This document shows, in pieces, positions 37,128 through 47,343 of a stretch of DNA of 64,000 bases (position 1 is its first letter; each line of letters starts with the position of its first letter). A program made the translations under genes and the position numbers. This DNA comes from Terrimicrobiaceae bacterium (lineage in GTDB: Bacteria > Verrucomicrobiota > Verrucomicrobiia > Chthoniobacterales > Terrimicrobiaceae). Under the pieces are notes generated by a model, which saw nothing but the letters and a program-made list of their open reading frames with translations, was not told where the DNA came from and did not search any database. Location: NCBI GenBank assembly GCA_041752695.1, contig JBGSVZ010000035.1, positions 1-64,000 on the forward strand, in the 5' to 3' direction.

Positions 37128-39110
37128 CTAGAGATCTTCGTTTCTCGCCGTGTCGCTCGTCCGCAAAGAAAGATGCTGGAGCGGGCGCCACCAGAAAAGA
37201 TACATCCCGACAGCTCCAACCATGAAGATCGGTAAAGTCGTCCAAAAGGCGGCGTAGTTCTTCACCACGAGCTGCATCGGCATGAGGAAAAAGCAAACCT
37301 GGGCCACGAGAGTGAATGGAACGGCGGTGATATCGTTGCGATGCTCCCTCCGCATTTCGGCTCCAGCTTCTCCAGCAATTTCGTTCCGAAACGGTCCCCA
37401 GAGGCCGAAGGGCCGTGTGGTTCGGAAAAAATGCGTCAACGTTTTCCGATCCGTGGCAGGGGTCAGCATCGAGACGATGATCGTCCCGCCAAAGGAAAGG
37501 GTGGCCATCGTGATGAATTGGACCCATTCCAGCATCTCGGGCATCAACAGACGCTGAATCACTGCACCCGTCATGCCGACAGCCAGTCCGCCCGCCACAC
37601 CCCAGGCGTTGCAGCGCCACCAATAAAGCCTGAGGAGAGCAGGCGCGATGCCGCCCGCCCCAAAGCCCATCACCAGCCAGCCCCACAGCTCGTTGATATT
37701 TCCGGCGGCAACACCCATGGCAAATCCAAGAATCACAATCACCGTCGTCGAGATATAGGAGGTGATGATTAACTCGCGGTTACCAGCAGAAGGTCGTAGG
37801 AAATTCTGGTAAAGATCTCTCACCACCAAAGCGCCACAGCCGTTCACCAACGACGTGAAGGTCGACATCATTGCCGCGATCATTGCCACGAAAAGGATCC
37901 CACGCAATCCCGATGGGATGGAGCTCATTAGCACGGCTGGAAGAATGCGCTCTGGATCAATGCTTCCACGGAAACCGACCAGTCCGACTTTATTTTTCCA
38001 ATCCTCGCCGAGGGCTTCCCTTAGAGCCTGGATCATCACCGGGTTCTGGGCATCTGGTGATAGGACGATTGCAGAAGTCCGATCGAACCAATTGGAAGCT
38101 GTCAATCCAGGGTTCGCAGCATGAATCGCATAGGCGGCCATCTGCACATTGGTGTTGTCCGGCAGGGTGCGATTTACGAGATAGATTCCCATCACGGCGA
38201 AGCCGATCATCATCGGCCACCGCAGCATGACCGTGACGCCTTGAAGCAGACATTGGAGGCCGCATTCGCGATCATTCCGTGCCGCAAAGAATCTCGGCTC
38301 CGCGCCCGAACCCATCCCGCCAAGAATGTTTCGCACCAGATAGAAAAAAGAGAACATCACCAATGCCTCGTAGGCCTCGTAGCCCGGCGGCATAGTCGTC
38401 TGCCATTTTGGAACACTACTCGTCCAATCCACATTGCCCGTGACAAGCCCGGCGGTCGCCGCGAGCGATTGCATATCCGGCACCATCATCCACGCCAAGA
38501 CCCCGACAATGATGCAGGAGAGAATGATAATTACCCCTTGGATCACATCCGTCAGGACGACTCCATAAAACCCGGCGCAGACAGTGTAGATTGTCGTAAA
38601 GACCAGCAAGACAATCGTCATTTCCATCGGCGGATAGGGCAAAAACATCCCAAGGAAAATGCTCGTGCCGCGCACAAGGTAGGCCAGCATCCCAACGGTT
38701 CCGATGATGCCCATGATGGCCGACATGGCTCTGATGAGTTCCCCGCCGGGCCCGGTGCCGAACCGGTAGGTCATCCATTCCGCCGGCGTCATCACGCCCG
38801 AGCGGCGGTGCCATTTTCCTGCGTAGGCAAGGAGGAATGCCAGCACAAGCACCGCACCCCCACGAAACTCGATGAACAGCCCGCGCGGTCCGAGCATGTA
38901 GAGAAACGACGTGATGACCATCGTTCCTGTGAGATCAAACCACGCCGTCATTCCCGCAATGCCAAGTAAATACCATGGGAGTGCGCGACCGCCGAGGAAG
39001 TAATGCTCGAGGCTCTTGCCCGCTCGACGGGTCATGACCAGACCCGCCACCATGGTGATGGCAAAGAAGGCAACGATGACAATGTAATCTGCCGTGGAGA
39101 GAGCGTTCAT
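37128..39110 (-). CDS. Sodium:solute symporter family protein
   Basis: YFLGGRALPW, many TM segments and GLRGILFVAMIAAMMST. Confidence 0.92.
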   Translation of the reverse strand: MNALSTADYIVIVAFFAITMVAGLVMTRRAGKSLEHYFLGGRALPWYLLGIAGMTAWFDLTGTMVITSFLYMLGPRGLFIEFRGGAVLVLAFLLAYAGKWHRRSGVMTPAEWMTYRFGTGPGGELIRAMSAIMGIIGTVGMLAYLVRGTSIFLGMFLPYPPMEMTIVLLVFTTIYTVCAGFYGVVLTDVIQGVIIILSCIIVGVLAWMMVPDMQSLAATAGLVTGNVDWTSSVPKWQTTMPPGYEAYEALVMFSFFYLVRNILGGMGSGAEPRFFAARNDRECGLQCLLQGVTVMLRWPMMIGFAVMGIYLVNRTLPDNTNVQMAAYAIHAANPGLTASNWFDRTSAIVLSPDAQNPVMIQALREALGEDWKNKVGLVGFRGSIDPERILPAVLMSSIPSGLRGILFVAMIAAMMSTFTSLVNGCGALVVRDLYQNFLRPSAGNRELIITSYISTTVIVILGFAMGVAAGNINELWGWLVMGFGAGGIAPALLRLYWWRCNAWGVAGGLAVGMTGAVIQRLLMPEMLEWVQFITMATLSFGGTIIVSMLTPATDRKTLTHFFRTTRPFGLWGPFRNEIAGEAGAEMRREHRNDITAVPFTLVAQVCFFLMPMQLVVKNYAAFWTTLPIFMVGAVGMYLFWWRPLQHLSLRTSDTARNEDL

Positions 39111-39128
39111 CTGTGAATGCTACTGTGA

Positions 39129-41894
39129 CTAACTAAGAAGGAGGGTCACTATCTGTTTGGATTGTAGCGTAATCGGCATCGAAAGAAGCTGCGGCTTGCC
39201 GATGGGTTGGCTCTCCATATCCACGGGCTGCGCCCGCTTCCAAACCCCTCCCGGTTTTGTGGGCTTGCCCGGGGTAATTCGCGCAATCGCTTTTCGCTCT
39301 CCTGGGTTGAAAAGACGAACTTCTGTCGATCCATCCACTTGGCGAATGCTTGTGCAGACAACGCCGCCGGAAACGTCGAGTAGTCCACCGCGAGCAGCAA
39401 GGCGCTGGCCGGACCAGGGTGCCGCAACAAAGTGGCGTGGTTGGATCTGTGCATCGCGCAGGCCCGCCCCAAGCTGCTGGCCAAGCTGGCAGAGCGCCAC
39501 ACGCGGCAGCGCACCGGAAAAGGGCACAATCCAATACTGAAATCGGAGCGGCCCTTGAAGTTGGCCCTCGGGCTGGCCGTCGGTGATGACGGTGCGGCGG
39601 GTCGCGCGGAAAAGGGTGAGGGCAATCGGACGGTCAGGCAGGTCGCGCACGGCGGTCTCAAGCAGGCCAGTGGAAACGATGGCAAGACCGCGCTTTGCAC
39701 TTGAGACAGCAGTCCACGTTTGTTGGGCTGTGGTTTCGACTGCAAGTTCGCGGCGGCGGTGATTGTCCGATGGCAAGGCAATTTCGCGCTCAACCACATC
39801 GAATGCATTGTCAGAAAAATACGTCGTTGCATTGACTCCGCTTGGAAAAAGGACACGTAGTCGATGATCGCGCACGGCATTGTCGATGGAGGTCGTGACC
39901 TCCACGCGATCGCTGCCAGCACGCAGGGTGACCGTGCTGTCGCAGAGCAGTTCCACGAAACGCTCCGAGCGGCGGCGCGACTCAAACTCGTAGGTCTCCG
40001 GCACACGCAAATGAAGGCGGATGCGGAAGGTGCATTGCTGCGGCCCGTCGTGCAGGAGAATCACCTCCGCCGACGAGCCTGTGGAGGCAACCTGCTGGTC
40101 ATTGCCCGCAACGCCGTGAAACCAGCCATCGCCAATGTCGGCAATGTCTTCAAACGTGAGCAGCCGGGAGTAAATTTCCTTGCTGTGCTTGTCGGTAACG
40201 GTGAGTGAACCATTCGGCTCGATGCGCACGGACAGCGTCTCATTTTCCATCGAGCACTCGCTCGTGGCAAGGCCCGGCGTGGCGGGGTGACGGGTCGGGA
40301 GCATGCCTTCAAGCATGGGGCCATCCTTCGTGGATTTTTGGCCTTCGCGAATCGTCAGGGTGGTATAACCGGTCGCCGGGATCGCGAGGCGCAGGGCCAC
40401 CTTGCACTCATGCACGCGATAGGCCTCTGGATATTTGATCGCCCAAATGCGGCGGCGGAGGCGAGGCGGAGAGACCGCCAGAAGCTGGTAGGGGATTTCT
40501 TTGTCCGTGGCAGCATCAAAGATGCGAAAGCCCGGCTTCGGTTCGAAGCCGAAGAATTCGTTGTATTGACCCCATTCCACCGGAATATCGAGCATGAGTT
40601 CGGCGGTCTCGTCGAAGGCGGTTGTGAGAGGGTTGCCCACGACCACGCGAGTTTCATTGGCTGCGATCTCACCCTCGACCGCGCGGGCGATCAGTTGGAG
40701 AGCCTCATTCGTCTGCGCGGTGGCAATCTGCAAGCACTGCGCAAAGCGATACTTCATGTCCTCGTGAACTTCGTCGATACTGCATCCGCAGATGGAGTCG
40801 TGAGGGTGATTCAGCAGGAGCCAGCGCCACGCGGTTGCGAGAAATTGCGTGGGATACTCGACGCCAAGTCGTGCCGACGTGAGCACAGAGAAGGGTTCAG
40901 CCCACTGACACAGGAAACTCTGGCAATCGGCATTTTGCTGCTTGATCCACACGCGGCTCGAGAGAACGCCAGGGATCAGCCATTGGGCGTCTTTCTCGCC
41001 GGAGACGATAGCCGTCTCGCGAAGCTCTCCGCACACCACATCAGTGATGGCCGCTTCGTGCTCCAGCATGTCCCCAATGTAGCTATCGAGCGTGCTATGT
41101 TGCACCGCATATGGAAACTCCGTCGAGGCTTCGCGCTCGAAAAATTTTCGGTAATGGTCTGAATCGTATTCGAGGTGATCACCTCCGTCGAAAACCAGCA
41201 GGGGTGGAATGGCCGTGCGAGCCGCCTCCTTGGCGAGAAACACGTCGAGATCCTCAACGGCCTGCGCCTCATCAAAGGCCACACCATGCTCGGTGGAGTG
41301 GCGAACGTCATAGGTGTAATCGCAATAGCCCGCGCGGCCAAAACGAAAGCACACAACCTCGCTGCCATCGCTGCCCTGCCAGCGCAGGTGCGCCGTCTTG
41401 CGGGGTTCGATCCCGCGCCAGACGAATGCCCCGCGAATGCCGAATCCACGCAGAATCTGAGGCAACTGGCCGACATGACCGAATAAATCGCAAACGAAAC
41501 CCGCACTCGACGGTGTCGCACCTAAACCCCGCGCAACTTCACGACCAAGGCGGATATTCCGCACCAAAGATTCGCCAGAGACGAGCCATTCGTCCGGCAG
41601 CACAAACCATGGGCCGACAATGATGCGACCCGTGCGGGCATACTCCTCAACCTGCTTGCGACGTTCTGGACGGATTTCCAAATAGTCTTCAAGGATGACC
41701 GCCTGCCCATCGGTCGTGAAGGGACCGCGCAACTTGCCAGAAGCCAAATCATCCAACACACGGTCGAGCAAGCGCACGAGACGGCGGCGGTAATCCTGAA
41801 ACGTCTGATACCACTCACGATCCCAGTGGGTGCTGAGCACGTAGTGAACGGGACGAACGGTAAGTGGGGATTTGGGGCGAGGTTTTGCGGCCAT
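39129..41894 (-). CDS. GH38 alpha-mannosidase (MngB-like, no signal peptide)
   Basis: STHWDREWY, DGQ, VGPWFVLPDEWLVSGESLVRN, CDLFGH and NHPHDSICGCSIDEVH. Confidence 0.92.
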   Translation of the reverse strand: MAAKPRPKSPLTVRPVHYVLSTHWDREWYQTFQDYRRRLVRLLDRVLDDLASGKLRGPFTTDGQAVILEDYLEIRPERRKQVEEYARTGRIIVGPWFVLPDEWLVSGESLVRNIRLGREVARGLGATPSSAGFVCDLFGHVGQLPQILRGFGIRGAFVWRGIEPRKTAHLRWQGSDGSEVVCFRFGRAGYCDYTYDVRHSTEHGVAFDEAQAVEDLDVFLAKEAARTAIPPLLVFDGGDHLEYDSDHYRKFFEREASTEFPYAVQHSTLDSYIGDMLEHEAAITDVVCGELRETAIVSGEKDAQWLIPGVLSSRVWIKQQNADCQSFLCQWAEPFSVLTSARLGVEYPTQFLATAWRWLLLNHPHDSICGCSIDEVHEDMKYRFAQCLQIATAQTNEALQLIARAVEGEIAANETRVVVGNPLTTAFDETAELMLDIPVEWGQYNEFFGFEPKPGFRIFDAATDKEIPYQLLAVSPPRLRRRIWAIKYPEAYRVHECKVALRLAIPATGYTTLTIREGQKSTKDGPMLEGMLPTRHPATPGLATSECSMENETLSVRIEPNGSLTVTDKHSKEIYSRLLTFEDIADIGDGWFHGVAGNDQQVASTGSSAEVILLHDGPQQCTFRIRLHLRVPETYEFESRRRSERFVELLCDSTVTLRAGSDRVEVTTSIDNAVRDHRLRVLFPSGVNATTYFSDNAFDVVEREIALPSDNHRRRELAVETTAQQTWTAVSSAKRGLAIVSTGLLETAVRDLPDRPIALTLFRATRRTVITDGQPEGQLQGPLRFQYWIVPFSGALPRVALCQLGQQLGAGLRDAQIQPRHFVAAPWSGQRLAARGGLLDVSGGVVCTSIRQVDGSTEVRLFNPGERKAIARITPGKPTKPGGVWKRAQPVDMESQPIGKPQLLSMPITLQSKQIVTLLLS

Positions 41895-41934
41895 GATTTG
41901 GGGATAAGTTGCGGAGGTAATTAAAAAAGGAGAG

Positions 41935-44349
41935 CTAGTGCCGGGATACCTTCACGGAAAGAATGCGCATGGGTTTTCCGCCGCCATCAAGACGGAAATC
42001 ACAACTGGCATTTTGCCGTCCGGTAAAAATTGCGTCGGGCAGCACAAATTCATGAGTCAGCACTTTCCCGCTACCCAAGGTCGGCACGGGCGGAGCCGTT
42101 TTGAAGGCTCCAGCCACCATCGCGGCGGCGTCGCTCGAGTCGTAGATGATCCCCAGCGTACCCGCGCTCACGTCTACATAAGTGACACTCACCGTCGCTC
42201 CGTCCGGGGCGACTTTTTCGGCAAAATCATTGGCCACGTCGAAATAGAGGAACGGCGAGCCTCCGCCCGCGACGTTCCATCCGGCCCGGCCATCCAGGGT
42301 CTCAATCTGAGCGACACCATCCGCAATACGCCTCGAACGAAGCCCGGCACTGTCCATTGGCGTGGCCATAACGGATTTTTTGTCAGCGAATTTTGGACGC
42401 TCCGCCTCATATTTCGGATTCGTTTCAAACTCTCGAATGAGCCAAAACAGGGTGGGCATATCCACAAGCAGGTTGGGGAAATTGCCCGGCTCAAGCAGAC
42501 GACGCTGGATCTCCGCGAAGTAGGACGGTGTTTGCAAGATCGAGCGCACAAGCACGAAATTCGGACCCTTCGACTCGAAATACCCGCGCAAAGCATCTAC
42601 TGTCTGCCCCATATCGGCATTGCCTTCGCTGCCTGGAAGATCAGTCATCATTTGAGCAAACGCGAGATTCTTGCGCAGACCGAAGGGCGCGGGAGCCCGC
42701 TGCAATCCAAGACCTCCGGGGGAAAACTTTTGGTAGGCGGCAAACCCGCGATCATTCATCGGGGGCGTGGCCCCGTCGATGCTGAATCCCGTCACCGCAA
42801 GGTCCCACTGCCGGTAGTATTTCTCGTTGTGGGCAACCCAAAGATCCAGCGCGTCGGGCAGGCCGGGAGCCGGGCGCGGAGCTTGGAGCAGAGACGGTTT
42901 GAGATAGCCGGCGGCCTCTCCCGCCACAAAAACTTCGCCCGCCTTCGAGTGTGTGCGAATGTAGTGTAAGCCAAACGGAAAGCGGTTGCCCAGGTTCGGG
43001 TTGATCGCCCAGGAAAGCGGCAAGGTCCCTCGCGCGGGATCGGCCAGAAACCGCGGGAAAAATTTGTAGATCCATGCCCCCGCGTCGTAATCGCCCTGGT
43101 AGTGGGCGTAGTAATTTAGCGGACGGAGTTTGCCCTCCGCATCCAAAACCCCTGACGCGATGAGTCGCTCACGAGTGGGCACGGCATCCTGTTTGATCAC
43201 GTCGGGCAGCGGATACTTGGAATAAAACGAGGCATTCGGAAAGGAGGAGTGCCCCAGCGCATCGGCGTCCATGTAGCCATTGTGCGCGGTGATGGTCTCC
43301 GAGAATTTCCACTCGGTGAGGACCGCCCCATGCCTGCCACCGGCGTTCCAGCCATTGCTCGCAGCGTCGCTGTACTTGAAGGCCCAGGGCGGGAATCCGA
43401 ACACGGCAATCATGTTCTTTTGCCGGTTGGCCTTCACCATGGCCGCGAGGATTTCCCGGAAGGTTTTTGCATCGGTCCCGGGCGGTTGCTTGGGGTCATC
43501 CACCGAAGCCTCATCATCCCAGACATTGAGGTCCACAATGGCTGCGCGATGGGCCATGAGATAGTCGAGATTGTTCAAGGTGTGATTCGAGAGTGGCTGG
43601 GCATTGGCGCACTGGAGCCAAAAAGCATCAATGTAGTAGCCGAGGATGCGATCGTTTGTTTTTCCCGGCTTGATGCAATTTTCCAGCAGCCAGACGTAAG
43701 CGTCGTTCTTCGCGCTTCCGGTGGATTCTCGCGACGTCTCGGGAATTTTGCCCGTGCCCGTAAAAAGCGGGGTTCCATCGTCAGCTAGGAAACGGCGGAC
43801 AACTTTGAATTCAATCGGAGCAGAGGTCATCTCTCGGTAAAGCGAACCCTCGCTCTCATCAAATCGCACGGCCAGCAGATCGTCCACCCCAGCCACCGTC
43901 GCCGCAACATTCGAAGTCGCCGGCACTCGCTCGTCCCACACGACCAGCCCCTTCACGGCCTCCGGAAATTTGGCCAGGAGCTCCGCCACACTTCCCACCC
44001 GCTCGACCTTTCGATCCGCCAGCCAAGCACCTGGCTCGGTCATCTTCTCAAACCAAAAATCATCCGGCTCGGTATTATAACGAACGAACAGACGCGGCGT
44101 TTCCCGGTTCACAATGCCCTGCAGACATGTCGCCAACATCACCTTGTCGTAATGCCTCCGCAACGCCTCTGGATTGCTCACGTCCAATCTCGTATGTTCC
44201 TCGGATAGGTCAAAAACCACAATCGCGGAATCGGCTTCTCCAGCCCATCCAGAAGTAGATGTTATCGCGATAAGGATCGCCCACGCGCCTAGCCAGAAAA
44301 CACAGGCGCGAAAGGTGACGACAGTCATTCTTGAGGAGACGAAAAACAT
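41935..44349 (-). CDS. GxGYxYP-family putative glycoside hydrolase with C-terminal CBM-like domain
   Basis: Paralog of 27525-29477 (STGSAKNDAY, YAHYQGDYD, SWAINPNL, GEAAGYLKP) with an extra C-terminal domain (FLYFDV…GRQNASCDFRL). Start uncertain (44349 or 44328). Confidence 0.8.
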   Translation of the reverse strand: MFFVSSRMTVVTFRACVFWLGAWAILIAITSTSGWAGEADSAIVVFDLSEEHTRLDVSNPEALRRHYDKVMLATCLQGIVNRETPRLFVRYNTEPDDFWFEKMTEPGAWLADRKVERVGSVAELLAKFPEAVKGLVVWDERVPATSNVAATVAGVDDLLAVRFDESEGSLYREMTSAPIEFKVVRRFLADDGTPLFTGTGKIPETSRESTGSAKNDAYVWLLENCIKPGKTNDRILGYYIDAFWLQCANAQPLSNHTLNNLDYLMAHRAAIVDLNVWDDEASVDDPKQPPGTDAKTFREILAAMVKANRQKNMIAVFGFPPWAFKYSDAASNGWNAGGRHGAVLTEWKFSETITAHNGYMDADALGHSSFPNASFYSKYPLPDVIKQDAVPTRERLIASGVLDAEGKLRPLNYYAHYQGDYDAGAWIYKFFPRFLADPARGTLPLSWAINPNLGNRFPFGLHYIRTHSKAGEVFVAGEAAGYLKPSLLQAPRPAPGLPDALDLWVAHNEKYYRQWDLAVTGFSIDGATPPMNDRGFAAYQKFSPGGLGLQRAPAPFGLRKNLAFAQMMTDLPGSEGNADMGQTVDALRGYFESKGPNFVLVRSILQTPSYFAEIQRRLLEPGNFPNLLVDMPTLFWLIREFETNPKYEAERPKFADKKSVMATPMDSAGLRSRRIADGVAQIETLDGRAGWNVAGGGSPFLYFDVANDFAEKVAPDGATVSVTYVDVSAGTLGIIYDSSDAAAMVAGAFKTAPPVPTLGSGKVLTHEFVLPDAIFTGRQNASCDFRLDGGGKPMRILSVKVSRH

Positions 44350-44364
44350 TTTTATCAGCCTGAT

Positions 44365-44378
44365 TGCAAACGTTTTCA
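44365..44378. promoter_or_regulatory. LacI-family operator-like site, copy 3
   Basis: TGCAAACGTTTTCA; identity with copy 1 extends to 19 bp (…GATGC). Confidence 0.75.
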
Positions 44379-44421
44379 GATGCAAGATGAAATTCCACCT
44401 GAATCTCGAATCCAGAGGGAC

Positions 44422-47130
44422 TCAGGGATCGATGTCATAGCTACGCTTAGCCGAAGTTTTCTTGCGCCAGGCGTCCTTCGGGGGGGGACGACGCGCAAGC
44501 TCTGAGGCGATGGCCGGCGATTGAAGCGCCAGCTCCAGCTTTTCGCGGAAAAGCGTCATTTCCTTGAGTTGGGTCTCGCTCACGAAGCCATCGCATTCAT
44601 AATCCTGCCACAACACCGCAGGCACCCCGCCCTCCTCTGCGACGGCTTCCCACCAAAGAAAGATCGGCGTGAGCACATGCATCATTGCACCTTTGATGGG
44701 GCGATCCACGTTGAGGGCACGTTGGTAGTCGGGACTGCCGTAGCGCTCATTCAGGGCGATGTCGCGCATGTGATTAAACTGGGCCAACCACATGGGGGTG
44801 ACGCCTTGGGCGACCGCCCGGCGAGTCAGGTCGCGCACCTCGGCGGGGGTATACGGGAGTGTCGTGTAGTCGGAGTGGTAAGCCATGGTCTCCGAGGGTT
44901 GAAGAATCTCAGCGATGAGACCACACCGCCGCTGGGAGTAGTAAACGTGCCGCAGATGGGGATTGGGATCGGCGGAATCGATGCCAGCCACGAGCGCGTT
45001 GCCACCTTCGGTCCGCACATTCAGTGTCGCCTCGGGAATTTTCTTGCGCAGCCGATCCAGCAAATCGCGATAGTTACGGACACGGAGTTCGGTGCGGAAG
45101 GCGTCCCAGTCCAATACCGCTCGAGACCAGTCGTGAAAAAGATTTTGATCATTCGCGTAAACCCACTTGTGCCCAAACTGATTGACCTCCTGGTTCCGCT
45201 CAGGGTCAATTTCGCTCCATTCTTTGAACGCACTGCCCCAAGCGGCATTCAGCAAATCTATGGATCCGTAGCGGTCTTTTGCCCAGGCTTGAAAGGCTGC
45301 CAAAACCGTTGGCCCTTTCGGATAACGAATGTGGACATCGAGTCGCAACCAACCCCGACTGTCCTCGACACTGAAAGGTATCTCGCCTGCCGCATTCTGC
45401 GCATAATTGTCGCCCCAGCGTCCAAATTGGTAGAGCGCGACGATCTCATTCGCATCGACGAGATCTGGATCCAACAGGTCGGCCTCCCCCGGAAAAACCT
45501 CGGTAAGTTTGATGGGTCGTCCGGAAACCCAAGAAGCAATTTCGCCGATGGTCGAGCGGGGGTAAGGGTAGTTGATCCAACCTTCAATGCGCGGGCCATC
45601 AAAACGCGCCAGGTCGAGGAAAAACTTCAACGCATCGCCATTGGGATTCGATGTCGGGGTCGCCTGAGCATGGGTGTAGGGGCGGTCGATGAAATCGTAG
45701 AGCCATGGCATTGCGGTGGTCGTGACCATGGTGATGCCGTGACTTTTCATCGCAGCCAGATCGCTCCGCAAGGTCCGCTCAACGTCCGGCCCCATCTGGA
45801 CATTCGCCCGCATATCGCTCATCGTCTGCGTGGCGATCAAGGGCTGCCAGCGATTCCCACTCCAAATGAGGTTGCGCTCAGTGGGTCGAAACGCTACCGC
45901 GAGCGACTCGCTTTCGACGGAAATCGGCACGCTCAGCGTTTGTAAGGTCGGGGGATTCCCGACGAGCAGCTTGAGAGTGACGTCCGTCGTCCAAGGTGCG
46001 ACCTGGAGGTGCAGGGTGCCTTCGACGCCATCTTTGCCGATGCCGCTCAAGTTCCCGTCAAAGGCGGTCATGAATTCCTCAAACGTATGTAACCATGCGT
46101 TGAGCTTGTGGTTCTCAGCACCATCCGAGAGGACGCGCACGATAGGGTCCGGCTCGGTGGCTCTCGCCTCCGCGACAACCTCAAACTTCCACGTATCCCG
46201 TTGGACTGGCCGGCCAGACCATATGTTGATGATCCAATCGAACTCCGACTCATAGCGTGCGACGGAATCGATTTCCAATTTGTATTTCCCGGGCTCGAGC
46301 CCATGCCCATGGGTCGGCAACTCCCCATCGCCTGACATGAAGTTCAGCCAGAATTTTCCACCCTCGCCGGGATAAACATAACGGAATATTCGAACATAGC
46401 GATTGTAAGCGATGCCAAAGGGCTTCCACGTCCCATCGGAGGCCTGGCGGAAAAGTTTCGGCTCGAAGAGAAATCCACCAATGCCTTCGGGGTCTAAAAT
46501 TGTGTCGCCCGTGTTCGTGAACTCGAATTGAAACCACACCAGATCGCCCGCAGCCACATGGCCGGAACGAACAAGCGGTGCGGCATCGTAGTCCGGGTAT
46601 CGGCCGGCAGGGACGTCGCTCCCGTCTGGCGTGAGATGATGCCGAGCACCCTGCCGATGTTTCGCTGAGACCGAGCCAAGATAGCGAAAATCCACGGCGA
46701 TTCGTCCCGGCAGTGAGAGATCAAAGTGAGCACGACCATGATTTTTTTTCGAATCCTCGAACGCTGTGGCGGCAACGTGGACGGGCTGAGAGCCAATATC
46801 CTCGTCCACAGGAGTTTTTGTAGGCCTTACCGAGTAGGAGATGGGCACAACGTCATAGGCGGTTGCCGTTTTCGGCACACGAGCCTCGAGCATCACATCG
46901 CCAATATTCATGCGGACGCGTTGCGCAGGTGCCTCGGCATATTTTCGTAAAAGCCCGGTGCGCCCGGCTTCACGCCGCAAAGGGTCGTAAATCAGCCCCC
47001 CATCCGAGGCGATCGCATAAGTGTCAATGGGAGCGGGACCTGGTGCAGCGGGCTCGAGTGCCACAGCAAGACTTGCCGGCATGGCGAGCGCGACGATGAG
47101 GACTTTGAGGGAACAATGTGAGGCATTCAA
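44422..47130 (-). CDS. Secreted protein with GH42 (beta-galactosidase)-like catalytic region
   Basis: Signal peptide and the GH42-type motif FQAWAKDRYGSIDLLNAAWGSAFKEWSEI…LDWDAFR, with a long unassigned N-terminal region. Confidence 0.7.
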   Translation of the reverse strand: MNASHCSLKVLIVALAMPASLAVALEPAAPGPAPIDTYAIASDGGLIYDPLRREAGRTGLLRKYAEAPAQRVRMNIGDVMLEARVPKTATAYDVVPISYSVRPTKTPVDEDIGSQPVHVAATAFEDSKKNHGRAHFDLSLPGRIAVDFRYLGSVSAKHRQGARHHLTPDGSDVPAGRYPDYDAAPLVRSGHVAAGDLVWFQFEFTNTGDTILDPEGIGGFLFEPKLFRQASDGTWKPFGIAYNRYVRIFRYVYPGEGGKFWLNFMSGDGELPTHGHGLEPGKYKLEIDSVARYESEFDWIINIWSGRPVQRDTWKFEVVAEARATEPDPIVRVLSDGAENHKLNAWLHTFEEFMTAFDGNLSGIGKDGVEGTLHLQVAPWTTDVTLKLLVGNPPTLQTLSVPISVESESLAVAFRPTERNLIWSGNRWQPLIATQTMSDMRANVQMGPDVERTLRSDLAAMKSHGITMVTTTAMPWLYDFIDRPYTHAQATPTSNPNGDALKFFLDLARFDGPRIEGWINYPYPRSTIGEIASWVSGRPIKLTEVFPGEADLLDPDLVDANEIVALYQFGRWGDNYAQNAAGEIPFSVEDSRGWLRLDVHIRYPKGPTVLAAFQAWAKDRYGSIDLLNAAWGSAFKEWSEIDPERNQEVNQFGHKWVYANDQNLFHDWSRAVLDWDAFRTELRVRNYRDLLDRLRKKIPEATLNVRTEGGNALVAGIDSADPNPHLRHVYYSQRRCGLIAEILQPSETMAYHSDYTTLPYTPAEVRDLTRRAVAQGVTPMWLAQFNHMRDIALNERYGSPDYQRALNVDRPIKGAMMHVLTPIFLWWEAVAEEGGVPAVLWQDYECDGFVSETQLKEMTLFREKLELALQSPAIASELARRPPPKDAWRKKTSAKRSYDIDP

Positions 47131-47175
47131 ACCGTGTCAAGGTACCAAAATCAGACCTTCAATTCCAATCTTTAT

Positions 47176-47189
47176 TGAAAACGTTTGCA
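47176..47189. promoter_or_regulatory. LacI-family operator-like site, copy 4
   Basis: TGAAAACGTTTGCA, 45 nt upstream of the GH42-like gene that heads the run of hydrolase genes. Confidence 0.75.
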
Positions 47190-47343
47190 TATTGCGAGCG
47201 ACGGCGTGGTGGCTGGTTTATGTAATCGGACTGCAAGCCGGGTCGCAGAGGTGATTTTTACTATTTCCCGAAGGGATTGACCTAGAAAGCTGAGAAAAAA
47301 TTCGGCTTCGAGAAAGAGGCCGCTGCCCCAAGTGCAGCCCCGC

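Noticed and set aside
44521..45945. 474-aa plus-strand ORF, and similar long ORFs such as 34712-35716, 41938-42969 and 38121-38969
   Set aside because: These lie antisense to well-supported genes and have no recognisable motifs. They are typical shadow ORFs of GC-rich DNA.
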